A stretch of 64,000 bases of DNA, from contig JAJDAP010000064.1 of NCBI GenBank assembly GCA_029261795.1, positions 3,420-67,419 on the forward strand, read 5' to 3'. The translations under genes were made by a program, and so were the position numbers. The first letter of the stretch is position 1; every line of letters begins with the position of its first letter. The DNA comes from Deltaproteobacteria bacterium (GTDB lineage: Bacteria; Myxococcota_A; UBA9160; UBA6930). The notes under the pieces are model-generated. The model saw nothing but the letters and a program-made list of their open reading frames with translations. It was not told the origin of the DNA and searched no databases. Positions 19,773 through 29,076 of this stretch are shown here, piece by piece.

Positions 19773-21329
19773 ATGCGCTACTTCGCATATTGCCGGAAAT
19801 CCACCGAGTCGGAGGACCGGCAGACACAATCGATCGAATCGCAGCGACAGGAGCTGGTCGCGTATGCACAGAAGGAAGAACTCACCATCGTCCGCTTCTT
19901 CGAGGAGGCGAAGAGTGCGAAGCAACCAGGGCGTCCAATCTTTCGACAGATGATGGACGCCCTTTCTCGTGGCGAGGCAGATGGAATCGTTGCTTGGCAC
20001 CCTGACCGCTTGGCCCGAAATTCAGTCGATGGGGGTGAGATCATCTACTGGTTGGACACGGGGAAGATCAAGGATCTTGCCTTCCCGACCGCTCAATTCG
20101 ACAACTCACCGCAGGGTCGATTCATGCTGGCCATTTCCTTTGGCCAGTCCAAGTACTATGTCGACAATCTCTCGCAGAACGTCCGCCGCGGATGCCGGAC
20201 GAAGGCGAGCAAGGGTTGGCGACCGACGGGAGTACCGGTCGGCTACCTGAATGATCCCGTCACCAAAGAGACGGTGGCTGACCCAGAACGATTCGCCTTG
20301 GTTCGTCGGCTCTGGGATGACCTTCTCGCTGGAGATTCAATCAGTGACATCCACGCGCGGGCCCGTGACGTCTATGGCCTTCGTACCCGAAAGAGACGAA
20401 GGCTCGGCGGTGGCCCGCTCTCGCTCGGCACTGTCTATAAGATATTCGGGAACCCCTTCTACATGGGAGTCTTCACCTGGGAGGGGAAACAGCACCAGGG
20501 GAAGCACCCAGCAATGGTTACGCGGTCCGAGTTTGCCCGAGCCCGGGAGGTCATCGGAAGGAAGGGAAAGCCGCAGCCGCATCGTCACGCGTTCACCTAC
20601 AGAGGCCTCATTCGCTGCGGGGCATGCGGTTCGGCGGTGACCTGCGAGCGGACTCGCAACCCCTATGGCATGGAGTACATCTACTACCACTGCACGTGGA
20701 AGAACGTTAGTCCTCGCTGTCGAGAGCGTTCGATTGAGGAACGGCAGGTGGACTCTCAGTTCCTCAGCTTTTTGAAGGCTCTTTCTCTGACAGAATCGCT
20801 CCGCCAGTGGGGATCCTTGGCACTCCGAAAGTTCGCGGACAAAGAGCGAGATGGAAGGACACTTGAGATCAGAGCTCAAGAGAAAGCAAGGGCAGCGACA
20901 GAAGCCCAGCTCTCCCGACTCACCGACCTTCACATTCGGGGGATGATAGACGAGGACGAGTTTGCGAAAAAGCGAAACCCGCTTCTCATCACTCGGGAAG
21001 CGCTGGCAGCTCGACAAGATCGCGGATCTGTGGCGCAAGAGTTCGAACTCTTGATTGCGACCTTTTGGCTGCGTAGCAGAGCCGTTTCTCTCTTCGAGAA
21101 GGGTGACGAAGCTACGAAGCGACTTCTCATTCAATTGGTGAGTTCGAACATTCTCTTGAAGTCGAAAATGTTGCGCATTGAGGCCGCGAAACCACTGACG
21201 CTCGACTTGAAATCGAGGTCACTTTCAACAGTGTGCACATCTTTAGAGGCTGTTAGAACTTTTTTGAGGAGTGAGGAGGGTAGGAAATTCCATTCCCAGC
21301 TGAAGGAGCTGCATCGACTAGCCCAATGA
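19773..21329 (+). CDS. Large serine recombinase LSR2
   Basis: YCRKST, DRLARN, PVGY, CGACG..YYHC, coiled coil. Confidence 0.95.
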   Translation: MRYFAYCRKSTESEDRQTQSIESQRQELVAYAQKEELTIVRFFEEAKSAKQPGRPIFRQMMDALSRGEADGIVAWHPDRLARNSVDGGEIIYWLDTGKIKDLAFPTAQFDNSPQGRFMLAISFGQSKYYVDNLSQNVRRGCRTKASKGWRPTGVPVGYLNDPVTKETVADPERFALVRRLWDDLLAGDSISDIHARARDVYGLRTRKRRRLGGGPLSLGTVYKIFGNPFYMGVFTWEGKQHQGKHPAMVTRSEFARAREVIGRKGKPQPHRHAFTYRGLIRCGACGSAVTCERTRNPYGMEYIYYHCTWKNVSPRCRERSIEERQVDSQFLSFLKALSLTESLRQWGSLALRKFADKERDGRTLEIRAQEKARAATEAQLSRLTDLHIRGMIDEDEFAKKRNPLLITREALAARQDRGSVAQEFELLIATFWLRSRAVSLFEKGDEATKRLLIQLVSSNILLKSKMLRIEAAKPLTLDLKSRSLSTVCTSLEAVRTFLRSEEGRKFHSQLKELHRLAQ

Positions 21330-23795
21330 GTCGATGCCAAAGACAAATGCTCGCTCGCACTTCTTGCAAATTGGAGCTGATACTCCCACTGGTCGCTGGT
21401 ACGACGCCGAACCGCAGTTGCACCTGAAGTATTCACGAAACTCCGTGAATTGCTTCCAGCGAATCTTCTCATCTCCCACCGAACTCCAGGCCTGGGGGTC
21501 ATCCCTAAAGTGTGCTGCGAAGTTCTCAAGCTCACCCCTTTGTAGACTTTCGAGAAAGGGGTTTGCATTGCCTTCGACCAACGGCATCGGAACTTTTGCT
21601 TTCGACTTCACGAATCGATGGATCGCACCGGCCAGTTCCGCCCGGTCGTATCTATACGGATGGTGCACTTCCCGAATTCGCACGTCGACTCCGAAGCCTC
21701 GCGCTAAATCAAGTAGCCACTCTTCCTCAATCTGCCGCATGTCTCTCGCGGCCGATTTGTCCTCCTCGTGTCGCCGTTCAACTTCTGCGTCTGGAACTCG
21801 ATGGTCGTGAAACTTCGGACCGAAGCCGCCCTTCAGATTGGTGATTCTCTTGAAGATCCATCGCTGCTGAGGAAGCTGATCCTTCAGATAGGCGAAGAAT
21901 CGCTCGTCATGTGAGACGACGATAATCTGAAAGTCGGAGAACTCCCTGACCAACATGGACGCGATGGCCAGTCGATGATCGGCATCGTACGACGTCACTA
22001 CGTCGTCGAGAACGATTACTGGGAAGTCCACATTGAGCAGTCGAATCGCCGCCAGCCTCAAGCTGAGCGCCAAAGTATGAATCTGCGAATCGCTGAGATA
22101 GCCCGATGGCACAACTGCTCTGCGATTGTCGGCAAAGTCGACGAACAGATTGAGGTAGGGCTGCTTCGTTTCTTCGTCCAGTTGCAACTGGATCTCAGGG
22201 ACCGATTCGGCGGTTGATTGAATCGCGCTATAGAGCCGAGAGGTGTCATCTTTCAAAGAGTCAACACGCTCTTGTAGTTCTCGTCGAAGTTCCTTCGCAA
22301 TTCGTGTTTCCATCCGCTCAAGATCACGATACTGCAGCTCCAAACTGATGTTGATGGACTCAATTTTCTTGAGGCCCTCCTTCAGCTCGACGAGATCTTG
22401 CACAACCTTGAGCGTCCTGGAGTACGCAGACGCCTCGGGGTTCTTCTCAAGCAGATCGATCTGATCGTCCACACGAACGCGGAGTTCGGACAGACGACCG
22501 CTCAGGGAGGTAAGACTCTCGGGAACCTCAGCACCAACGGACGCGAGAAGTTCCTTTCGCGCTGACTCCACGAACGAGGCGGCTTCGCTCTCTTGTATCG
22601 CGTCGAGAGAGCTACGAAGCGTCTCGAGATTGGCAGCGAGTGTGCTTTGACATGTGCGCCATGATTTCCGTCCCTGATCCAGCCGCTCCACTGACTTTTT
22701 GTAGTCGTCAAGCTCGTCAAGACAGCCGATCAAATGGGCTCGAACACCATCTATGGAGCCCGAAGTGGTCTGTTCGAGAGCGGTATTGCAAACTGGACAG
22801 GTATCCAAGGGGACCTGCTGCTCCAGAACCTGCTTGGCCGTCTCCCAGAGCTCGCGGAAGATCGCTCGTTGAGATTTCGCTTTCTCACGCTCCTCCTCTA
22901 CTTCGGCTCGCTTCAGCTCCTCGACCGCAACCACAAACTCCCGCAACGCCCCGGTTGGGTAGTCTTCCTCGACCTTGGCAGGCTGATCGACTGTAGAGAT
23001 TGCCTTCGCGGCCTCACGAACTGCGGCCAGGCCAATGCGCTTCTCGGCCTGTGCCGAGAGATGAGCAAGTTCCCGGTATCCGGGATCCATCGCAGACAGT
23101 TCACGGAGTTCTAGGTTGTCGCCTAGGACGCCAAGGTATTTCTTGTTCAGCCAATCGATGACCTGCGCATCGTCCCAACTAGAAATCTCACCGGTTGTGA
23201 GTCTCTTGAGGTCTCGGAGGCGCTCACTCTTAGCCATGGGGTCATCAATGGCTTGGCGGAGTGCAACCCGTAGCGCCCGAAGATTTCTCTGAACGTCGCG
23301 CAGCACGGAAAGACCGAACCAGTCGGATACTTCTTCGTATCGTTGCTGAGGGGTCTGGTGCTCGACAAACCCTCGGAGTTCGTGTCCACGCAGAATGAAC
23401 TGGGTCCTACAACGGTCCAACACTTCGGTAGCAGCAGGGGTTCGTGGCGAAGGAGGATTAGAGACCGCTCGCTCTCCCTCCAGTATCGTTCCGTGCTCAC
23501 CTCGCAACTTGAGAGATACGCCCGAAGCGATTCCTCTCTCGCGAGCCTCGATGTGTTCGAGCGCCTCAGGACCAGCTTTCGTCCCGGACCTCTTGGGCCC
23601 GATTCGATCTAGCGTACCTTCCTCCGAGAAGTAGAACTCGAGTGCATCGACAAGGCTGGACTTCCCCTTCGCATTCGGAGCAAACACCGCAAGACTGATG
23701 GGGATACGGCCTCGAAAGAGCGGGAACTGTTGCTCCGCGAGGTAGGCTCGGAAACCCCGCAGAAGGAGCGCTTCTATGAAGAGTTTTTCACTCAT
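21318..23795 (-). CDS. Rad50/RloC-like ABC ATPase with Zn-hook and putative C-terminal effector domain
   Basis: APNAKGKS, coiled coil with CPVC, LSDSQ signature, VLDD, SHD; C-terminal R...NFAAH and CxC..CxxC. Confidence 0.7.
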   Translation of the reverse strand: MSEKLFIEALLLRGFRAYLAEQQFPLFRGRIPISLAVFAPNAKGKSSLVDALEFYFSEEGTLDRIGPKRSGTKAGPEALEHIEARERGIASGVSLKLRGEHGTILEGERAVSNPPSPRTPAATEVLDRCRTQFILRGHELRGFVEHQTPQQRYEEVSDWFGLSVLRDVQRNLRALRVALRQAIDDPMAKSERLRDLKRLTTGEISSWDDAQVIDWLNKKYLGVLGDNLELRELSAMDPGYRELAHLSAQAEKRIGLAAVREAAKAISTVDQPAKVEEDYPTGALREFVVAVEELKRAEVEEEREKAKSQRAIFRELWETAKQVLEQQVPLDTCPVCNTALEQTTSGSIDGVRAHLIGCLDELDDYKKSVERLDQGRKSWRTCQSTLAANLETLRSSLDAIQESEAASFVESARKELLASVGAEVPESLTSLSGRLSELRVRVDDQIDLLEKNPEASAYSRTLKVVQDLVELKEGLKKIESINISLELQYRDLERMETRIAKELRRELQERVDSLKDDTSRLYSAIQSTAESVPEIQLQLDEETKQPYLNLFVDFADNRRAVVPSGYLSDSQIHTLALSLRLAAIRLLNVDFPVIVLDDVVTSYDADHRLAIASMLVREFSDFQIIVVSHDERFFAYLKDQLPQQRWIFKRITNLKGGFGPKFHDHRVPDAEVERRHEEDKSAARDMRQIEEEWLLDLARGFGVDVRIREVHHPYRYDRAELAGAIHRFVKSKAKVPMPLVEGNANPFLESLQRGELENFAAHFRDDPQAWSSVGDEKIRWKQFTEFREYFRCNCGSASYQRPVGVSAPICKKCERAFVFGIDSLG

Positions 23796-24043
23796 GAATC
23801 TGGCGACTTAGTCGCACGCTGCTCGGCCAGTTTCTGAATCGCGCGCAACGCGTCACTCACGCCACTCGAACTCGGATCCGTTCTCACGATGTGAGTCGTG
23901 ATGACGTCCAGGAGAGCGAGGTCCGTATCAGCCTGCCCTCGAACCTTTTCGACGATCTCCTGCAGGGTTTCTTCGACCGTCTTGGGTGTGGGAGAGTCAC
24001 TCATTGCGGTGATTATACCACGAGCGACATTGCCAATATGCAA
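23792..24043 (-). CDS. Small helical protein coupled to the ATPase gene
   Basis: Stop overlaps the ATPase start (ATGA); real start probably the internal Met (MSDSP). Confidence 0.55.
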   Translation of the reverse strand: MHIGNVARGIITAMSDSPTPKTVEETLQEIVEKVRGQADTDLALLDVITTHIVRTDPSSSGVSDALRAIQKLAEQRATKSPDS

Positions 24044-24431
24044 CAGCTCGGTCCAGAATTCCTTTTGTGCAGAAGATGCGCCTCGCAGCCCTTCAAGGGG
24101 CGCCGTGCTCTTCCAGAGTCCTCACTCTGCGAGGCACTAGCCAACATACTGTTATTCAAACGTTAGGTATCGGCCTTGGCTTCCGGATTCGGGACACCCC
24201 TGGCCAAGAGGAGGAGGAGCTGCGTGAGTCTCCATGCCTGTTCTTCTGCCTCGGCATCACTCAGTTCTTCTGAATAGGATTCCTTGTATGCAGCCTTGAA
24301 GGTCATGATGTCCTCGTTACTCATCTTCATGAAACCATTGTCTCGGGAAAACTAGGTGGAAGACAGTTGGCCTGGCTTGGCTAGGTCGCAGAATCTGGCC
24401 GCCCGTTGAGGAGGCCAGGTGTCCCAGACTC

Positions 24432-24459
24432 CGGGGAGCACTAGAGGACGTTCGAACCC
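24432..24459 (+). repeat. 28-bp direct repeat, copy 1 (att-like)
   Basis: CGGGGAGCACTAGAGGACGTTCGAACCC; 27/28 identical to 25887-25914. Confidence 0.85.
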
Positions 24460-24522
24460 TTGAAGAGAAACGGTATTCCTGACTCGCGCCGTTGTTGTCC
24501 AGATGGTCATACATGGTCGGTC

Positions 24523-25707
24523 TCACCTATCAATTGACTCTAGGAATCCGTGGTAGCGCTTCTTTGTGTCACTGATGAGGTTGGAGAACGGAAGCACGTG
24601 AAATGAGCGAGAACGATGTTTCATTCGTTGCCGCACCTCATCCCCGACCTTACTGCCAACCAAGTATCCGTCGTAGGAGCGGAACTTGAAGTACTTCTCT
24701 GCAACCGTGATGTACGTTTCGAGCTGATTGAGATCTTCAACACCCAAGGTGTGTCCCGGTCGTTTCAGCTCGAGAATGATGAGCCGTTCATCGACAGTCC
24801 CGCAGACGAAATCTGGACGTTTCTTGCCGAACCGCTTCTTGTCTTGCCGGCTCATTGCGTCTCCGATCTGTTTGCGAAGTGTTGAATTCGAGAACAACAA
24901 CCAATAGCGTTCGTCGACCAGCCACATAGCGCGCTCGAGGATTCGGTGGATCGAGTTCTCTCCCTTCAGTTCAAACGTTCGCGGATCCTGCACCTGCTTC
25001 TCGAAGAGTTCGATCGTCTCCAAGCGGCCTCTCACCTGCTGAGCGACGTTCGTCACCACACTCAGGCTCCAGCCTTGGAGTAGTAGGTCTAGGTCTTCAA
25101 GTGCCCGTTGCCTCTGCTTTGGAAGCTTGTTTACGACCGAGAGAAACGCCTCTCGAAAGCCTGCGTTGGCCGTCGTCGCGACGTCACTGATTTCGCCCAG
25201 CGTTTGAGTCAGCGCCTCGAAATCCTTGGGTGAGATCTTGGCCGGGTCAATTGCCGTTACGATCTGTTTGAGAACACCAGAACCTCCCCGAACAATGTCC
25301 GTCAGATCTCGATCGGCTTCGCTCTTCTTGGCCTCGGTCTTGATCTCATGGACAAGGTCCTCCGTCGCCTTCCAGCCGAGCCTCGGACCCAGATCCGACT
25401 GGATGATCTCGGCAATCCGGTCCCACTGCTCTTGATGTGGCAGATGAAATGTCGCCCGCCCGCCCGGCCACCACTTGCTGAGGGTTATGCGTTCCTGGAC
25501 ATCTCCGAACTCAGGGTTTGACTTCGTGACCTGGACACTCAACTGCCGATTGATTGGACGCTTTGCGACAACCCAATCGGGCTCAAATCGCACCTTGCCG
25601 CATTCACCGCAGTCGGCACGATTCAATGCGTTCTCCGCGCCACAAGAGCTGCAGACCTTTCGAGTTCTGCGTTTCTGCTTTGTGGGGTTCTTGCCTTTGT
25701 CCTTCAT
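24523..25707 (-). CDS. Zn-ribbon + PD-(D/E)XK nuclease-like protein
   Basis: CSSC..CGEC at the N-terminus; RPDF...IILELKRP and Q..TY at the C-terminus. Confidence 0.65.
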   Translation of the reverse strand: MKDKGKNPTKQKRRTRKVCSSCGAENALNRADCGECGKVRFEPDWVVAKRPINRQLSVQVTKSNPEFGDVQERITLSKWWPGGRATFHLPHQEQWDRIAEIIQSDLGPRLGWKATEDLVHEIKTEAKKSEADRDLTDIVRGGSGVLKQIVTAIDPAKISPKDFEALTQTLGEISDVATTANAGFREAFLSVVNKLPKQRQRALEDLDLLLQGWSLSVVTNVAQQVRGRLETIELFEKQVQDPRTFELKGENSIHRILERAMWLVDERYWLLFSNSTLRKQIGDAMSRQDKKRFGKKRPDFVCGTVDERLIILELKRPGHTLGVEDLNQLETYITVAEKYFKFRSYDGYLVGSKVGDEVRQRMKHRSRSFHVLPFSNLISDTKKRYHGFLESIDR

Positions 25708-25818
25708 ACTGCTCGAGTATACACCTGGAAGTATGTGTATGTTAAGCCTGGCGCTCGTTGGGTCGGAAAGCGCTCGTTCTTGTCGCCTCGGAGTGGCGAA
25801 CAGGCAAGAGGGACCACC

Positions 25819-25854
25819 AACGAAGAGCGCCCCAACTAAGGGGCGTTCTTCGTT
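25819..25854. terminator. Stem-loop downstream of the RNR gene
   Basis: AACGAAGAGCGCCC / GGGCGTTCTTCGTT. Confidence 0.5.
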
Positions 25855-25886
25855 CCTTGGGGATCTGACATGTTATTTCCTCATGG

Positions 25887-25914
25887 CGGGGAGCACTAGA
25901 GGATGTTCGAACCC
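25887..25914 (+). repeat. 28-bp direct repeat, copy 2 (att-like)
   Basis: CGGGGAGCACTAGAGGATGTTCGAACCC. Confidence 0.85.
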
Positions 25915-25939
25915 GAACCGGTCGCTTCCAGATTCGACG

Positions 25940-28228
25940 CTAGGAACAGTTCGAGTACCCACAACTCCAACACGTTGCACAACCCTCCTGGCTGTGGAAA
26001 GAGGTCGTGTTGCACTGTGGGCAGATCGCGCCGACGGTGTCCCCTCGTTTCGTGAGACCCTTCTGCTTTGGTTTCTCTACGAGTCCGATCTCAACAAGAT
26101 GCTCATCAATGATCTGGCCGATCACCTGGATCGGCGTGGAGACCATTTCGCCGTCGCGGAACGCGGTCTGCTGACCGAACACTTGTTTCAGTTCTTCTGC
26201 AACGAAAGCAACGTCACTAGTCCGCCTGAAGATCGCGCTGATCATCAGAGTCAATGCCGTAGTCCAATCGACGAACTTCCCGTTCTTCGTCATCGCGAAG
26301 ATCTCAAATGGCCGTTTCTGGCCGGTCTCGGGGTCCACGGTGTCGTTGATTGTGATGTAGAAGGCGTGCGGATTGTCGGGTGTATCAAGCTTGAACTTCG
26401 TGGTCTTTCCAGAGAGCGCAGGAGGACGAGGAAGAATCTCGCGGGACGTTGTTCCTTCGAGCGGCTTTATGACTCCTTCGATCGTCTTCGATGGCCGGAA
26501 GGTGGTGCAGCCCTTGCACCCGAGGTCGTAGGCTCGATCGTAAACAGAGGCGAAGTCGTCGAACTCCATCTCAGGGTGGCAGTTGATCGTCTTGGAGATG
26601 GATGCATCCACGTGCCGCTGGCAGGCCGCTTGGATCCGCAGGTGTGCCTCGACGTCGAGATTGTCGGATATGACCATGTAATCTGGCAGATCGTTTTCGT
26701 CGAATTCCCCTTCGGCCTCCAGTTGCGTCCGATACATCTGGTACCCGTAGTCCTCAACAGTATACGACTTCGTACTTCCGTCAGCCGTCAGAACTGACCG
26801 CCTAGCATTGTGGAAGAGGACCGGTTCGATCCCGCCGGAGATGTTCCCGTAGTAGATAGAAGTGGTCCCGGTCGGAGCGACTGTTAAGAGCACGCCGTTT
26901 CGAATCCCATATTGCCCGATCGCCGCCCGAATGTCTTCCGGAAGCTCCTTGACGAAGGGTCGACTGAGGAACTCATCTCGTGCGAACTCTGGGAATGAGC
27001 CTCGTTCCCTTGCGAGTTCCACTGACGTCCGATACGCCTCAACCTTGATGCTCTTCATGACCGCGTCGGTAACATCCACCGATTCCGGACTGCCGTAGAC
27101 GATGCAGAGCTGCTGCAGCATATTGGCAAGACCGGCCACGCCAAGACCAGTACGGCGCTTCGATTCCTCTTCTGACTTCTGAGCGTCGGTAGGGTATCGA
27201 CTAACGTCCACTACATTGTCTAGAAACCGCACACCGATTCGAGTCGTCTCGCGGATCGCCTCATGGTCGATCGTGGCGTTCTCCGAGAAGGGGTTCTTCA
27301 CCATCCGAGCGAGATTCACATGCCCGAGGTTGCATGCGCCGTGCGGCGGCAACGGCTGCTCTCCACACGGATTGGTTGCTCGGATCTCCTCGCAGTAGCC
27401 CAAGTTATTGGAGGCGTTGACGCGGTCGATGAAGATCACCCCGGGCTCCGAGTGCTCGTACGTTGACCGGAGGATCTGCTTCCAGAGGTCGCGTGCACTC
27501 AATCGCTCGTAGATGTACCACGGACTTCCCTTCGTTGTGGTTTTGTCTACGGGTTTCGAACTAGGAGGAATCGAGAACCCCAGATCCCACTGGCCATCGT
27601 TGCGAACTGCCTCCATGAAGTCGTCCGACACGAGGACAGAGAGGTTGAAGTTCGTGAGACGGCCCGTCCCTTGCTTCGCGCGAATGAAATCCATCAGGTC
27701 TGGATGGTTGTCGGCAAGAGTTGCCATCATGGCTCCACGGCGGGAACCCGAAGACATTATCGTCGCGCACATAGCATCCCAGAGACCCATGAACGCGACG
27801 GGACCAGCGGCGCTGGTCGCTGTTTCTGTTACTTCCGCTCCCTTCGGACGGAGTGTCGAGAAGTCCATTCCGATGCCGCCACCCTGATGCATCGTCAGCA
27901 TGGCCAGCCGAAGGGCATCAGCTACATCGCTGTGGCTGTCTCCGATCGCAGGGGATACGTAGCAGTTGATGAGCGTCACATCGCGCGGAGTCCCTGCGCC
28001 GGCATGGATTCGACCCCCTGGCATCCAGCGACCGGCGACGAGCGCTTCATACGCGAGTTCTCTCTGTTTTTCGTCTGGATCGTTCTCGTAAATGGCATCC
28101 GCCACGCGGCGATGAGATTGAAGAGGGGTCTCTTCGTCCGAGAAGCGGTACTTCTCACGCCAGATGTCCTCGATGATGTCCTGGTCGAAGCCTGTCCAAT
28201 CCAGGGTCTGTGCTGATCCATCCGCCAT
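25940..28228 (-). CDS. nrdJ: Class II (adenosylcobalamin-dependent) ribonucleotide reductase
   Basis: PGGRI, LINCYV, RRGA, TNPCGEQPL, CNLG, APTGT, SISKTIN, C-terminal CPQC..CWSCGYSNC; no beta-subunit gene nearby. Confidence 0.9.
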   Translation of the reverse strand: MADGSAQTLDWTGFDQDIIEDIWREKYRFSDEETPLQSHRRVADAIYENDPDEKQRELAYEALVAGRWMPGGRIHAGAGTPRDVTLINCYVSPAIGDSHSDVADALRLAMLTMHQGGGIGMDFSTLRPKGAEVTETATSAAGPVAFMGLWDAMCATIMSSGSRRGAMMATLADNHPDLMDFIRAKQGTGRLTNFNLSVLVSDDFMEAVRNDGQWDLGFSIPPSSKPVDKTTTKGSPWYIYERLSARDLWKQILRSTYEHSEPGVIFIDRVNASNNLGYCEEIRATNPCGEQPLPPHGACNLGHVNLARMVKNPFSENATIDHEAIRETTRIGVRFLDNVVDVSRYPTDAQKSEEESKRRTGLGVAGLANMLQQLCIVYGSPESVDVTDAVMKSIKVEAYRTSVELARERGSFPEFARDEFLSRPFVKELPEDIRAAIGQYGIRNGVLLTVAPTGTTSIYYGNISGGIEPVLFHNARRSVLTADGSTKSYTVEDYGYQMYRTQLEAEGEFDENDLPDYMVISDNLDVEAHLRIQAACQRHVDASISKTINCHPEMEFDDFASVYDRAYDLGCKGCTTFRPSKTIEGVIKPLEGTTSREILPRPPALSGKTTKFKLDTPDNPHAFYITINDTVDPETGQKRPFEIFAMTKNGKFVDWTTALTLMISAIFRRTSDVAFVAEELKQVFGQQTAFRDGEMVSTPIQVIGQIIDEHLVEIGLVEKPKQKGLTKRGDTVGAICPQCNTTSFHSQEGCATCWSCGYSNCS

Positions 28229-29076
28229 GAGACAACTCCTGATTGACGAAGAAGACGGAGCAATTCGCAGGTCCGAGTCTAAGGGTAGTGGTCTTCGTGT
28301 TGTTCGCCGAACTTACGATACGAAAAGGCCGCTCCCTGAAGGGGGAGCGGCCGCGTCAACGGAATAGACGTAGCGGGACGACCTTCTGGTCCGTGCCGCG
28401 AGAGTTGAGCCGTAGGCGCGACTCGTATGAAGTCAAACGTCTCCATTGTGATTCTCGTGCTTCATGGCGCTGCTTGATTGCAGCAAGATCGTACCCATGA
28501 GCCCCGGCGAACTCAAAAAGATCTGAGAGTTCCTGCCTGACGAAGACCTTTCTCCAGTGGTCACAGAACCCGGCCTGTTCGCAAAGGAAGTCGACTGTGG
28601 CCTCCGCGCTCGAAACCGTATCTACTTCACAGACCATGCAACCCTCCTGTTTCTGTTCGAGTCGAGGGCTCACCTCCTTGTGACGTGGGCCCTCTATCGA
28701 ACAGAAACCGGAACGGCGGCCTTTCCGACTCAAGTATACACCATATTGTGTTAGTCGGCTATCTCGTGAGTGGCACGAGCGCCGCGTACCCTGAGAGGGC
28801 GCTGTGCTCACACTATTGTTCGCAGGACTGCCATACCAACTACGCCGTCCTGGACATCGTTCCGTTCTCCCATGCATTCGCGTCGCGACCGAATCGCAGT
28901 ACGCTGACTTGTACGAAAAATCGGCGGTCTTCCTCGTCCACTCGGTCTAGCCCCGTCGAAGTCGGCGATTGGATCCACCTAACGTTTCGCGAGCGATCCA
29001 TGTTCTCTGGATCCGTTGGGGAACCGCCACAGAGCATCCACTTTCATTGGCGGCGCTCGTAGCGCACCATGGACCC

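Noticed and set aside
25884-25914. tRNA 3'-end-like sequence on the minus strand (GGTTCGAA...CCA)
   Set aside because: T-loop to CCA spacing is ~5 nt too long and there is no cloverleaf; kept only as an att-like repeat
28356-29037. Overlapping short ORFs between nrdJ and the first VirD4-like gene
   Set aside because: Could not decide which frame, if any, is real
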